A DNA stretch of 64,000 nt from an uncultured Gammaproteobacteria bacterium (GCA_964355275.1 CAYHCB010000004.1:22615-86614), one strand, 5' to 3'; shown: positions 19,185 through 28,977, counted from the first letter of the stretch. Notes: generated by a model from the sequence alone, not told the origin. Numbers and translations: made by a program.

Positions 19185-19588
19185 ATTTTTTTAAGTCTCA
19201 TACCAGTTTCGAAAAGCTCGAAGCCGAACTTATTATAGAAAGGTATTAAAAATTTTTTATTTTCTGGGTCAGCGAATAAACTAATAGAACTAAATTTTTT
19301 ATTTTTGGTAAATAATAATAAATTATTCATTATCATTTTTCCTATTCCTTTATTTTGATAATCTTTATGGACAACAATATCGTAAAACATACACATTATT
19401 CCATCTTCAACAATGCGTCCCATGCCAACAAGTTTATCTTGGTCAAAAATGCTATATACAAAGGAGGATTTATTTAATACTTCTCGCCATTTTTCCTCAC
19501 TTCTTTTAGTGCACCAACCGACAGTAAATCGCAGAGCATTTATTTGTTCTCCGGATAAGTTTTTATGGGTTGATTCTATTAATTTCAT
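19178..19588 (-). CDS. GNAT-family N-acetyltransferase
   Basis: 136 aa with the acetyl-CoA motif VHKDYQNKGIGKMIM. Confidence 0.8.
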   Translation of the reverse strand: MKLIESTHKNLSGEQINALRFTVGWCTKRSEEKWREVLNKSSFVYSIFDQDKLVGMGRIVEDGIMCMFYDIVVHKDYQNKGIGKMIMNNLLLFTKNKKFSSISLFADPENKKFLIPFYNKFGFELFETGMRLKKIC

Positions 19589-19663
19589 ATATAAAAATTA
19601 TAACACACCACTTTAAAGTAATACTTACTTAAAAAATAATCACAAACTATTGGTTATTTAAAT

Positions 19664-19757
19664 TGGCGGAGGAGAAGGGATTCGGACCCTTGATACCTTA
19701 TGACAGGTATACCGCGTTTCGAATGCGGCGCAATCAACCGGGCTATGCGACTCCTCC
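19664..19757 (-). tRNA. tRNA-Ser (anticodon CGA), CCA encoded
   Basis: Reverse complement: acceptor GGAGGAG/CTCCTCC, anticodon loop TTCGAAA, long variable arm, T-loop TCCGAAT-like. Confidence 0.8.
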
Positions 19758-19766
19758 ATTAAAATA

Positions 19767-20480
19767 TTATAATTTTTTTAATCTTTCGATTTCAGCTTTA
19801 TTTAAATATCCCCATTTACCTTCTGGTAAACTACCTAGTTCCAATCCGGCGAAGCTAACTCTTTTTAAATCAATTACTCTTAAGTCAGTCCAATCAAACA
19901 TGCGACGTATTTGACGTTTTTTACCTTCGCATAAAACAATTTTAAAAAAGCCTGACCCCAAATATTCTACTCTTTTAGCTTTAGCTACTCCTTCATCTAA
20001 ATTAAAAGGGATACCTTTTATAAAGGCAGCCTTAGCTTTTTGAGCGCTTAAATCACTTATATCGGATCTAACTTTTACTTCATAAACTTTTTCATGAGCC
20101 AATCTAGGATGAGTTAATTTTAAAGTTAAATCTCCATCATTACTTAAAAGTAATAGGCCGCGACTATTTTTATCTAATCTTCCGACTGTAAAAACGCCAC
20201 TAGGAAGTGACTCGGCTAACTCAAAAATATTTTTTTCTCCTTTAAATTGTCGGTTAGTGCAGGTGTAGCCTATAGGTTTATTCATTTTTATATAAACCTT
20301 TTCTCTAGGGGCGCCAATAATTTGTCCGCGAACTTTAACGGCGTCATTATCGTCGGCCATGTCTCCCGGTTTAGCTAATTCTCCATTAATTTTTACTTGT
20401 CCACGACGAATTAAGTCTTCAGCCGCACGACGAGAGCAGTAACCAGATTCAGCAATTAATTTTTGTAGGATTCTTTTCAT
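19767..20480 (-). CDS. Pseudouridine synthase, RsuA/RluB family (S4 domain + catalytic domain)
   Basis: S4 motif SGYCSRRAAEDLIRRGQVKING and catalytic GRLDKNSRGLLLLSNDG. The start at 20480 gives an ATGA-type overlap with the upstream gene. Confidence 0.85.
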   Translation of the reverse strand: MKRILQKLIAESGYCSRRAAEDLIRRGQVKINGELAKPGDMADDNDAVKVRGQIIGAPREKVYIKMNKPIGYTCTNRQFKGEKNIFELAESLPSGVFTVGRLDKNSRGLLLLSNDGDLTLKLTHPRLAHEKVYEVKVRSDISDLSAQKAKAAFIKGIPFNLDEGVAKAKRVEYLGSGFFKIVLCEGKKRQIRRMFDWTDLRVIDLKRVSFAGLELGSLPEGKWGYLNKAEIERLKKL

Positions 20481-21865
20481 TTTATTTTTATATTTTGTTT
20501 TAAACTTAAGCCGCCTAATAAGGCAATAATCACCCAAAACAAAACAGATAAGTCATTTTTAAAATATGGAACGTCAACTAGGCCGTGTATTAATAATACA
20601 AGCATAAAGCCAAAAAGTCCCAAGGCGATAAATCTTTCCGGGTCATTTTTTTCTTTGTTAAATAATAGAGCAGATTGCCATAGAAACTTAGCAATAATCC
20701 ACAAGAATAACAAGGCGCCAAAGATTCCGAGTTCGCTCCAAAAATTTAGGAAAATATTATGAGGGTACATGTAAATTTCTGTTGGCTGCCACATTTGTTT
20801 ACGGTAATCAGCCGAATTTCTTATTTTTTCTAGCCAGTTCGGGTCATTATTTTTTACAAATATTCCTTCTTGATGATAAGGGGCAACCATTTTTTGATAA
20901 TTGCTTAAACCGGCGCCCTGTAAAAAAAGATTATTGCTTAGCATCTTTTTTGTTTCAATCCATTGCTGGCGCCTTATTTGTCCAGATAAATCATTTAAAG
21001 TAATTTTTTCTAAAGTAAATTGACGAAGTGGACTATAGCTAGCGATAATAATAACTGTAATTGTTGCTAGGATAATTACCCCTATTCGCACTTTTTTATT
21101 AATAAATAAAGAAAAAATAAAACCAGCAACCATTATACCAACTAAGGCGCCTTCTGATTTAGCAAAAATGATAGCTAAAAGAGATAAAAATATTGTAATA
21201 ATTAAAAAAAGTTTTTCTTGCCATCCTTTATCTTTTAAAATAGAAATTAAGTAGCCGCTAAAGAGCAGGGTTAGTGGTGCTAAAAATAAACCAACAGCAT
21301 TAGGGTAGCCAAAGAAAGAAACTACTCGCCTGGTTTCTTCTATTGCCCAGAAAGGATTAGAAATAAAGTATCCAGTAAATTTTTGATAAATAGCAAAAAT
21401 TGAAACAATTAAAGCAGAGGTAGCTAGTGACCAAATAATTTTTTTACGACCACTGGCCGAAGAAAATAAATTTATTATCAATATAAAAAGAAGTAATGGT
21501 TCAAAAAAATAAGCTTTCCATACTCCTAGTGATTCATTGCTAATGCCAGCGCTAATAATAGCTATCCAGGAAATAAATAATACAGAGATTACTTCCCATT
21601 TATAAGGGTAACTAGTATTATTATTTTTTTTAAAAAGATTTTTAAAATTAATACTTTTATAAATAAAAATCCAAAGTGTAAAAGCGATTAAAATCATCGC
21701 CTCTAAAACAGTAAACGGGATGCTAATTATATTAAAACGGATTAAATATAGCGGTGTAGTAGCTATTATAAGTAGCGTAGCCAAATCTAAACGCTTCCAA
21801 GCTAGAATGGTAAATAGAGTTAAAAATGTGGCAATTATAATGGTCATATAATAATAGTATAACAC
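20477..21865 (-). CDS. O-antigen ligase/Wzy-like polytopic membrane protein
   Basis: 462 aa with more than 10 TM segments and a large loop before the last helices, typical of the Wzy_C family. Confidence 0.6.
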   Translation of the reverse strand: MLYYYYMTIIIATFLTLFTILAWKRLDLATLLIIATTPLYLIRFNIISIPFTVLEAMILIAFTLWIFIYKSINFKNLFKKNNNTSYPYKWEVISVLFISWIAIISAGISNESLGVWKAYFFEPLLLFILIINLFSSASGRKKIIWSLATSALIVSIFAIYQKFTGYFISNPFWAIEETRRVVSFFGYPNAVGLFLAPLTLLFSGYLISILKDKGWQEKLFLIITIFLSLLAIIFAKSEGALVGIMVAGFIFSLFINKKVRIGVIILATITVIIIASYSPLRQFTLEKITLNDLSGQIRRQQWIETKKMLSNNLFLQGAGLSNYQKMVAPYHQEGIFVKNNDPNWLEKIRNSADYRKQMWQPTEIYMYPHNIFLNFWSELGIFGALLFLWIIAKFLWQSALLFNKEKNDPERFIALGLFGFMLVLLIHGLVDVPYFKNDLSVLFWVIIALLGGLSLKQNIKIK

Positions 21866-21877
21866 GGCATTTTTTAT

Positions 21878-21911
21878 AAAAAAACTGCCCCGGTAAAGGG
21901 GCGGCTTTTTT
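21878..21911 (-). terminator. Rho-independent terminator after efp
   Basis: GC-rich stem GCCCC/GGGGC with a T-run on the minus strand. Confidence 0.65.
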
Positions 21912-21927
21912 ATAATTAGGGCTAAAT

Positions 21928-22488
21928 TTAATTAGCTCGTTCTACATATTCGCCGGAGTCAGTATTTATTCTAATAACTTCACCCTCTTCAATAAACATT
22001 GGTACACTTATTAAGGCACCGGTTTCTATCTCTACTTGTTTATTAACATTACCGGCGGAATTACCACGCACTCCTGGCGGAGCAGAGACAACTTTAAAAT
22101 CCATTTTTATTGGTAATTGAATCGTCACCGGTTTACCCTCAAAGTATAAAACAGAAACATCAGTTCCATCTTTTAAGAATTTTGTTTGGTCGCCTAAATC
22201 TTCTAAAGCTAAAGTAAATTGTTCGTAATTACCGTTGTCCATAAAATAGGCTTCAACAGCGTCTTTGTATAGAAAGTTAGCTTTTTTAGTTTCAGTTTCC
22301 GCTTCTTCTGCTTGGCCTACTCCTTGAAAAGTTTGTTCAAGAACTCGACCATCAATTAGATTACGCAATTTTGTTTTCAACACTGCTCCACCACGACCCA
22401 TTTTATGATGGTCTGTTTTGGTGATAACATAAGGCTGATTGTTTACTTTAATGACCTTGCCGGTCTTGATTTCACTGATACTTAGCAT
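21928..22488 (-). CDS. efp: Translation elongation factor P
   Basis: 186 aa with ...KTDHHKMGRGGAVLKTKLRNL and a three-domain length. Confidence 0.9.
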   Translation of the reverse strand: MLSISEIKTGKVIKVNNQPYVITKTDHHKMGRGGAVLKTKLRNLIDGRVLEQTFQGVGQAEEAETETKKANFLYKDAVEAYFMDNGNYEQFTLALEDLGDQTKFLKDGTDVSVLYFEGKPVTIQLPIKMDFKVVSAPPGVRGNSAGNVNKQVEIETGALISVPMFIEEGEVIRINTDSGEYVERAN

Positions 22489-22509
22489 AGTAATTTCAGT
22501 ATTTAATAA

Positions 22510-22722
22510 TTAGCGATGAGTGTGGGCAAGAAGCGCCATAATACGCGCCCTCTTAATTGCTTCTGATAACTTTCTTTGGTGCCAAGCACAAACGCCAGTT
22601 CTTTTTCCTGGTAAAATTTTTACATAGAAGTTAACGAACTTACGTAAAGATCTAGTGTCTTTATAATCAACATCTAAATTGTTAGCGCAAAAATAGCACT
22701 CTTTATTTTTTTTAATGGCCAT
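22510..22722 (-). CDS. rpsR: 30S ribosomal protein S18
   Basis: 70 aa with DYKD...LRKF...ILPGKRTG and ...QRKLSEAIKRAR. Confidence 0.9.
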   Translation of the reverse strand: MAIKKNKECYFCANNLDVDYKDTRSLRKFVNFYVKILPGKRTGVCAWHQRKLSEAIKRARIMALLAHTHR

Positions 22723-22750
22723 ATTTATTATTTTTTTGTTTAATTATTTT

Positions 22751-23188
22751 TTAGAAAGGAATGTTTTCAACTCTAATTTCTTCTTCTTGGCCGTTATCCA
22801 TTGGTCCTTCGGCCTGTATGTCATTTTTAAATTCATTATTACTGCTACCAGCCGTAGCTCCTTGGCGATCAAGCATAATCATATTCTCTAGAACGATTTC
22901 GGTGCGGTATCTTTTTATACTATCTTGACCAGTCCACTCAGTTGTTTGTAATCGTCCTTCAACGTAAACCTTTGAACCTTTTCGTAAATATTGTCCGCAA
23001 ATTTCTGCTAATTTTCTCCAAGCCACAATGTTATGAAATTCTGTCTTCTTTTGTTGTTGGCCTCCTTGGTCGGTCCAAACTAAACTAGTGGCAACACTGA
23101 AAGATGCAACTTGCGCCCCTGATGGAGTGTTGCGTATCTCGGGATCACGGGTTAAATTGCCGATGATCATTGCTTTGTTTAAATTCAT
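22751..23188 (-). CDS. ssb: Single-stranded DNA-binding protein
   Basis: OB-fold start MNLNKAMIIGNLTRDPE and an acidic tail ending IPF. Confidence 0.9.
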   Translation of the reverse strand: MNLNKAMIIGNLTRDPEIRNTPSGAQVASFSVATSLVWTDQGGQQQKKTEFHNIVAWRKLAEICGQYLRKGSKVYVEGRLQTTEWTGQDSIKRYRTEIVLENMIMLDRQGATAGSSNNEFKNDIQAEGPMDNGQEEEIRVENIPF

Positions 23189-23225
23189 ATTTTTATATAA
23201 GCGATAGGGGGTCGCTTGTTATTAT

Positions 23226-23735
23226 TTAGATTAAATCTTTAGCGCTTAGAATACCTTCTAATTTTTCATCTAAATCTTTAAGCTCAGCACGATTCTCTTC
23301 TTTTACAACAACCTTTTTAGTGGTTTGTTTAGAGGCAGCTTCTTTTTTTATAGTTTCCTCTTCCTCTTTTTTAGCGTCAAGTTTTTCACGAGAAACTTTA
23401 GCTTTAGCTAACTCCTCAGCTGTTTTTGGGGTTACCTTAAGAATCTGATGACGTAATATTTCATGAGACAAACGAAGGTCGGTATCAATTTTAATTAAAT
23501 CTTTACCATTTAAATCAAATTGGTATAGCTGATAATAACCGTAAACATTATGCTTAATTTCATAAGCTAATTTTTTCTTACCCCAATATTCTGAGTAAGT
23601 AATCTTGCCCTCACTATCGGTTAACATTTTTTCAACACGACTAATAATTGTTTTAGCCTCGTCTTCAGTGTACTGATTTGGGACAATGAACATAATCTCA
23701 TAACGGCTCATGCCCGATGCTTTGGTTTTTGACAT
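23226..23735 (-). CDS. rpsF: 30S ribosomal protein S6 (with Lys/Glu-rich C-terminal extension)
   Basis: The RYEIMFIV... core is followed by YGYYQLYQF. An alternative start is at 23711 (MSRYEIMF). Confidence 0.85.
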   Translation of the reverse strand: MSKTKASGMSRYEIMFIVPNQYTEDEAKTIISRVEKMLTDSEGKITYSEYWGKKKLAYEIKHNVYGYYQLYQFDLNGKDLIKIDTDLRLSHEILRHQILKVTPKTAEELAKAKVSREKLDAKKEEEETIKKEAASKQTTKKVVVKEENRAELKDLDEKLEGILSAKDLI

Positions 23736-24008
23736 AAATTATGTAATACAATGAGTAAAAATATTTACATAGTTTGTAAAATAATTTTTAACTCGTTTTT
23801 AAATAAAAACCCTCTAAAGTATTCTAAAACTTAAAGGGTTTACAGAATACCTCTAGTTATCTGCTTCAGAAAAATCTGTGAGATAACTGGCCTTGCAATT
23901 AAGCAGGGTCGTGGAAAAGATATATAAAAATATTTTTTTGTATTGATAATTTAGCACGAACTATAAATAATTGCAATAGTCAGAAATTTAGGGTATCGTA
24001 AGAAACGT

Positions 24009-25184
24009 ATGATTTATTTCTTTATTTTAGGAAACAACCCAACTCTTTCTTTAGCCGAATTATCGGCTGTTTTGCCTTGTCAGGATGGTCGTTTAATTAA
24101 TAAAGATTTATTTATTTGGGAAACGGATAATGAAATTGTCCCAGAAAATTTAATTAAAACTTTAGGCGGAACTATAAAAATTGGTGTTTTTGAAAAAATA
24201 GTTCCTTTAAAACAAGATTTAACTGACCCAATGTTGGCTATTTGTCTTAAAGTTAGTAAAAATGGAACTGGTAAATTTAATTTTGGTATATCTGATTATG
24301 GACAACAACCCCTTTCTTTGACGCCAATTGGGCTAACACTTAAGAAAAAACTCCGCGAAAAAGGGGTAGCTTCCCGCCTAGTTACTAGTCGAGATAAAAA
24401 TTTATCAAGTGTTGTTGTTGAACAAAATAAATTACTCACTAAGGGCGTTGAAATTGTTTTAGCAGCTGATGGTGGACGTACTTTAGTGGGGCACACAATA
24501 GCCGTTCAAGCCTTTAAAGATTTATCAAAACGTGATTTTGGAAGACCAGCACGTGATGACGCCTCTGGCATGTTGCCACCGAAGGTGTCTCAGATTATGA
24601 TAAACTTAGCTCAAATAAAGAATTATGATGGGCTTATTTTAGATCCTTTTTGCGGTTCAGGAACGATTTTGCAGGAAGCAATATTAATGGGCTTTAATCA
24701 GGTTTCCGGAACCGATTTATCGCCGAAAGCCGTAGAAGATACTAAGGAGAATATTAGCTGGTTAAAGGATAAATTTAATTTAACCGGAGTCAAAACTAAT
24801 ATTTTTTTAAAAAATGCCACTAAATTATCAGAATCTTTTAAAAGTGAGAGTGTTGAGGCTATTATTTGCGAACCTTATCTGGGTCCACAACGAGGTTGGA
24901 ATGATTTAAAAATAGTAAAAGCGGAGCTTGAAGATCTCTATACTAAATCTCTTCGCGAATTTTCTAAAATTTTGAAACCACACGGTCGAGTTGTTATGAT
25001 TTGGCCAATGTTTTTTGGTAATAAACAAATTAATCCAGATTATTATAAGTTTCAAATTATTAGTAGTTTACCGGAAGAATGGAAAACTAATCCAATTATT
25101 AAATTAACTCAAAGAAATACTGTAGTTTATGGCAGGTCGGGGCAGAAAGTTTTCCGAGAAATAGTAGTACTTGAGAAAAAATAA
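24009..25184 (+). CDS. Putative RNA (N2-guanine/N6-adenine type) methyltransferase, UPF0020/Trm11-like
   Basis: 391 aa with motif I LDPFCGSGTILQEA and a motif IV-like ICEPYLG. Confidence 0.55.
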   Translation: MIYFFILGNNPTLSLAELSAVLPCQDGRLINKDLFIWETDNEIVPENLIKTLGGTIKIGVFEKIVPLKQDLTDPMLAICLKVSKNGTGKFNFGISDYGQQPLSLTPIGLTLKKKLREKGVASRLVTSRDKNLSSVVVEQNKLLTKGVEIVLAADGGRTLVGHTIAVQAFKDLSKRDFGRPARDDASGMLPPKVSQIMINLAQIKNYDGLILDPFCGSGTILQEAILMGFNQVSGTDLSPKAVEDTKENISWLKDKFNLTGVKTNIFLKNATKLSESFKSESVEAIICEPYLGPQRGWNDLKIVKAELEDLYTKSLREFSKILKPHGRVVMIWPMFFGNKQINPDYYKFQIISSLPEEWKTNPIIKLTQRNTVVYGRSGQKVFREIVVLEKK

Positions 25185-25212
25185 AAAAGCCTTAGTAAAA
25201 TAAGGCTTTTTT
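25183..25212. terminator. Bidirectional rho-independent terminator
   Basis: Stem AAGCCTTA / TAAGGCTT flanked by A- and T-runs. Confidence 0.75.
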
Positions 25213-25226
25213 GTTATAAAAAATGA

Positions 25227-26294
25227 TTATTTGTTGATTAAGAAGTTACAAATATCGCCATCAGTAACAATATAATCTTTTCCCTCAGTTTTAATTAAAC
25301 CAAGTTCTCTGGCCTTAGCATCGCTTCCTACTTCGACGAATTTATCCCATCTAATTACTTCCGCTCTCACAAAACCCTTTATAAAATCGGTATGAATCAC
25401 GCCAGCGGCATAAGGGGCCTTAGTTCCCGATTTGATTGTCCAAGCGCGACTTTCATCTGGGCCAGTTGTAAAAAAGGTATCAAGGCCTAAAATTTTATAA
25501 GCAGCGGCAATTAACTTATCTAATCCGCTTTGATTTAAACCTAATTCTTTTATATATTCTGCCTGATCTTCAATTGGAAGGGCAGTGATTTCTTCTTCCA
25601 TTTTTACGTTAACAGCAATTACTTGTTCATTTATATTTTTTAAAATAACTTCTCCACCATACCCTTCGTCAACATTGAGTAAGTAAATGATTGGCTTAAT
25701 GGTAAGTAAGCATAAAGATTTAACATATGGATAGTCAGCTTCGGAAAACTCCAAATCACGAACTGGTTTACCTATAGCTAAGGTGTCATAAATAAGTCTT
25801 AGTATTCTGGCTTGAGCAATAATTTCTTTATCGCCGCTTTTTTCCTCTCTTTTTACTTTATCTAAGCGTTTTTCAACCGTAGATAGATCGGCGAAAATAA
25901 GTTCCATATTAATCGTCTCTTTGTCACTATCGGGGTCTATTTTATTATTAACATGAATAATATTTTTATCTTTAAAATCTCTAACTACCTCACAAATAGC
26001 GTCGCATTCTCTAATGTGAGCTAAAAATTTATTACCTAAGCCCTCACCTTTACTAGCTCCAGCGACTAAACCAGCAATATCTACAAATTCAATAGAAGTT
26101 GGAATAACTTTAAGTGGCTTAGATATCTCAGCCAGTTTATCTAAACGAAAGTCCGGCACCTTAACAACCCCCACATTTGGGTCAATAGTACAAAATGGGT
26201 AATTAGAGGCGTCGACACTCTTTTTTGTTAGAATATTAAATAGAGAGGATTTCCCAACATTAGGTAAGCCGACAATTCCGATGGATAATGACAT
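25227..26294 (-). CDS. ychF: Ribosome-binding ATPase YchF
   Basis: 355 aa with GIVGLPNVGKSSLFN and the C-terminal TGS-like GFVRAEV. Confidence 0.9.
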   Translation of the reverse strand: MSLSIGIVGLPNVGKSSLFNILTKKSVDASNYPFCTIDPNVGVVKVPDFRLDKLAEISKPLKVIPTSIEFVDIAGLVAGASKGEGLGNKFLAHIRECDAICEVVRDFKDKNIIHVNNKIDPDSDKETINMELIFADLSTVEKRLDKVKREEKSGDKEIIAQARILRLIYDTLAIGKPVRDLEFSEADYPYVKSLCLLTIKPIIYLLNVDEGYGGEVILKNINEQVIAVNVKMEEEITALPIEDQAEYIKELGLNQSGLDKLIAAAYKILGLDTFFTTGPDESRAWTIKSGTKAPYAAGVIHTDFIKGFVRAEVIRWDKFVEVGSDAKARELGLIKTEGKDYIVTDGDICNFLINK

Positions 26295-26351
26295 ATATAG
26301 ATTAATTAATTTATTCTATTTTATTTAAGCAGGTTTTTGGGAAAATAAAAA

Positions 26352-26417
26352 GAGGCTCAGGTGGGCCATTTTTTATATTATATAAAAAAATTTATTTATG
26401 GGCCTTGTCTGAGCCTC
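26352..26417. other. Large hairpin flanked by T-runs on both strands (terminator-like)
   Basis: GAGGCTCAG at 26352-26360 pairs with CTGAGCCTC at 26409-26417. There is inner GGCC pairing and an AT-only self-complementary apex. Confidence 0.5.
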
Positions 26418-26984
26418 ACTTATTTTTGCTGTTTTTAGTTTTTTTACAAAAATAAAAAGCAAAAAAAGTTAGGCTTCATGTTAGATTTTGAAGCATATTT
26501 CTCACCAACTCTTGGTAAACAGGGTTCTAAAATAAAAGTTTAATTTTTGATATTTTATCTAGAATCAAATTTTGATTTTTTTGGCTGTATACCCAATTAG
26601 CTTTTACCACTCTAACTTTGGTATTTTTTCGGGCTAGTTGAGAAATTTTATTGGAAAATGAACGGAAAGAACTGATTAAAATTGTATTATTTAGTTGTAA
26701 TTGTAGCAAAGAACATTGATCTTAATTACAGATAAGAAAAATTTACTAACTTATCTGTGTATATTTTAACATTTTTTTAATATGCTAGCAACAGTCTGTC
26801 AATTAATTGTTGAAAACTTATTAATAACTTAGTAATTTTTGCTATTATTAAACAAATAACATATTTTGCCAAATATGTAATTTTATTTTTTTTTCTTTCT
26901 AAAGTCCACACTTTTATGGACAAAAACTATTTTTTAAAAAAGAAAATCACAAGTTATGCACAGATTAGGCACTTAATTTTAAAA

Positions 26985-27031
26985 TAAAAAAACGATCTAA
27001 AGTTATGATTTTAAACTTTGACCGTTTTTTG
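26985..27031 (-). terminator. Rho-independent terminator after tsaD/tRNA-Cys
   Basis: AACGATCTAAAGTT pairs with AAACTTTGACCGTT, flanked by A- and T-runs. Confidence 0.65.
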
Positions 27032-27037
27032 CTTTTG

Positions 27038-27111
27038 AGGTTCGGGTGGGAGTCGAACCCACGAATCGCAGTTTTGCAAACTGCTGTGTTAGACCACTTC
27101 ACCACCGAACC
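27038..27111 (-). tRNA. tRNA-Cys (anticodon GCA)
   Basis: Reverse complement: acceptor GGTTCGG/CCGAACC, anticodon loop TTGCAAA, discriminator U73, T-loop TTCGACT. Confidence 0.9.
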
Positions 27112-27116
27112 AGTCT

Positions 27117-28148
27117 TTATAAACCAAAGTTTACATCAACTTTTAATTTCTGCCAAGAGGTATCAACCTTAGATTGTATGGCGTAGTATCCCGCTAAGGC
27201 AATCATGGCGGCATTGTCTGTGGTATAAGAAAGTTTTGGTACGATTAAGGGATTTTTTGGTAATTCTTGGCTTACTTTAGCTGCTAAATAATCTCTAAGT
27301 TCTAGATTGGCTGATACGCCACCAGAGAGCATAACTGTCTTTGCTTTATATTTTTTAGCGGCGGCAATAGTTTTTTGACTTAAAATGTCAATAATAGCTT
27401 CTTGGTAGGCAAAACAATACTCATTTACGCGATTTCTCCAATTTTTATCCTTTTGTAACTGATATAATAAGGCTGTTTTTAATCCAGAGAAAGAAAAATC
27501 TAAACCATTTTTTAACATTGGGCGAGGTAGCGTTATATTGTTCCTTTCTCCACTTTCAAAGAAAATTTTGGCATGTTTAGAAATAATTGGGCCACCAGGA
27601 TAACCAAGTTCTAACATCTTGGCCCCCTTATCGTAAGCCTCACCAGCCGCATCATCGCGAGTTTCCCCAATAATTTTAAAATTATTATGATCTTTCATAA
27701 AAACAAGATTAGTGTGTCCCCCTGAAACAGTTAAAACAACCAGAGGAAAAATTACTTTATTTTTAAGATCTAAAAAATCAGAATAAATATGCCCAGCGAT
27801 ATGATTAACCGGGATTAACGGTTTGCCCCAGGCATAAGCTAAAGATCTGGCCGTCTCAGTACCGGTAATTAAAGAAGTGACCAAACCTGGTCCTTTGGTT
27901 ACAGCTATGGCAGCAATTTTTTTTGGAGTAACCCCGGCTCTAATTAGAGCTTCGTGAACGACTGGAAGAATGTTTAATACATGTTCTCGTGCTGCCACTT
28001 CAGGAATAACACCTCCATATTTTTTATGAATTTCTATCTGAGAAGAAATAATATTAGATAAAGTTTTTGATTTTCCAGTTTTAACATTAACATCCACAAT
28101 TGCGGCTGCCGTTTCATCACAACTTGATTCAATTCCTAATATAAGCAT
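27117..28148 (-). CDS. tsaD: tRNA N6-adenosine threonylcarbamoyltransferase TsaD
   Basis: 343 aa with ILGIESSCDETAAAIV and GHI...SGGHT motifs. Confidence 0.9.
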   Translation of the reverse strand: MLILGIESSCDETAAAIVDVNVKTGKSKTLSNIISSQIEIHKKYGGVIPEVAAREHVLNILPVVHEALIRAGVTPKKIAAIAVTKGPGLVTSLITGTETARSLAYAWGKPLIPVNHIAGHIYSDFLDLKNKVIFPLVVLTVSGGHTNLVFMKDHNNFKIIGETRDDAAGEAYDKGAKMLELGYPGGPIISKHAKIFFESGERNNITLPRPMLKNGLDFSFSGLKTALLYQLQKDKNWRNRVNEYCFAYQEAIIDILSQKTIAAAKKYKAKTVMLSGGVSANLELRDYLAAKVSQELPKNPLIVPKLSYTTDNAAMIALAGYYAIQSKVDTSWQKLKVDVNFGL

Positions 28149-28194
28149 AAGCTAATTGTAGACGATTTTAAAGAAAAGGCAAATATTTTTTTAC

Positions 28195-28223
28195 TTGACA
28201 CGAGTCGTTTTTGTTTATACAAT
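28195..28223 (+). promoter_or_regulatory. Sigma70-like promoter upstream of tRNA-Glu
   Basis: TTGACA, a 17-nt spacer, then TACAAT. Confidence 0.55.
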
Positions 28224-28283
28224 AAAATCAACAATTTAGTTCCATAAGAGGTTCTAAATTTTTTCATGCAGGTTTTCTGAAAT

Positions 28284-28355
28284 GGTCTCTTCGTCTAGTG
28301 GTTAGGACGCCAGGTTTTCATCCTGGTAACAGGAGTTCGATTCTCCTAGGGACTA
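28284..28355 (+). tRNA. tRNA-Glu (anticodon TTC)
   Basis: TCGTCTAGTGGTTAGGAC D-arm, anticodon loop TTTTCAT, T-loop TTCGATT. The acceptor stem has two G-U pairs. Confidence 0.85.
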
Positions 28356-28455
28356 CGAGTTAAAAAATAGGTCAAAAGACCTATTTTTTATTTTTTTGAA
28401 AACTTTTACTATACTGTGCTAAAATATAGAAGAAGGATAATAAAAAAATAATCAT

Positions 28456-28731
28456 ATGTTTTTAAATAAAGTTGGCAAACCCACAAAAATAAAAAAATTA
28501 GTTTATTTAATTACTTGGGTGTTTCTAGGTATTTTATTAAGTTTTATTTTACATGCTTTAGTGGAAACTAGTTATTTATATTGGTTTTTGGCTCATGAAA
28601 AAATAGTAATATTTTATGGCGGCTGTGCTTTGCATCCAATTATTCAGATGCTATTTCTATTATTAGGCGCAACCAGTGGGCTCTTCTTAGGTTTATTTTG
28701 GTGGCAGAAAGTATATTTAAAAAAGATTTAA
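28456..28731 (+). CDS. Hypothetical small membrane protein
   Basis: 91 aa with 3 predicted TM helices. Confidence 0.4.
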   Translation: MFLNKVGKPTKIKKLVYLITWVFLGILLSFILHALVETSYLYWFLAHEKIVIFYGGCALHPIIQMLFLLLGATSGLFLGLFWWQKVYLKKI

Positions 28732-28758
28732 TTACAAAATTTTTTATTAAAAAATTGT

Positions 28759-28977
28759 ATGCGAAAGTTAAAAGAATATTGGGTAATAATTTTATTAATA
28801 AGTTTAATGTCCGGGGGCCTTTTTTATTGGCTGGAGTGGCGCCCCGCTAAAATAAGAATAGATTGTGCGAGTAAAATGCACAAAGCTACGCCGAGTGAAT
28901 TAGGCGCTGATAAGATAAATGGTACTTTTGATGAAATGCTCACCCTTTGTTTGTTTAAAGCAGGTATAAATAAGTAA
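28759..28977 (+). CDS. Hypothetical small membrane-anchored protein
   Basis: 72 aa with one N-terminal TM helix. Confidence 0.35.
   Translation: MRKLKEYWVIILLISLMSGGLFYWLEWRPAKIRIDCASKMHKATPSELGADKINGTFDEMLTLCLFKAGINK

Noticed and set aside
26527-26709. 60-aa ORF in the long non-coding island.
   Set aside because: It has a TTG start, no SD, a low-complexity basic product and no recognisable family. It is kept only as part of the non-coding-island finding.
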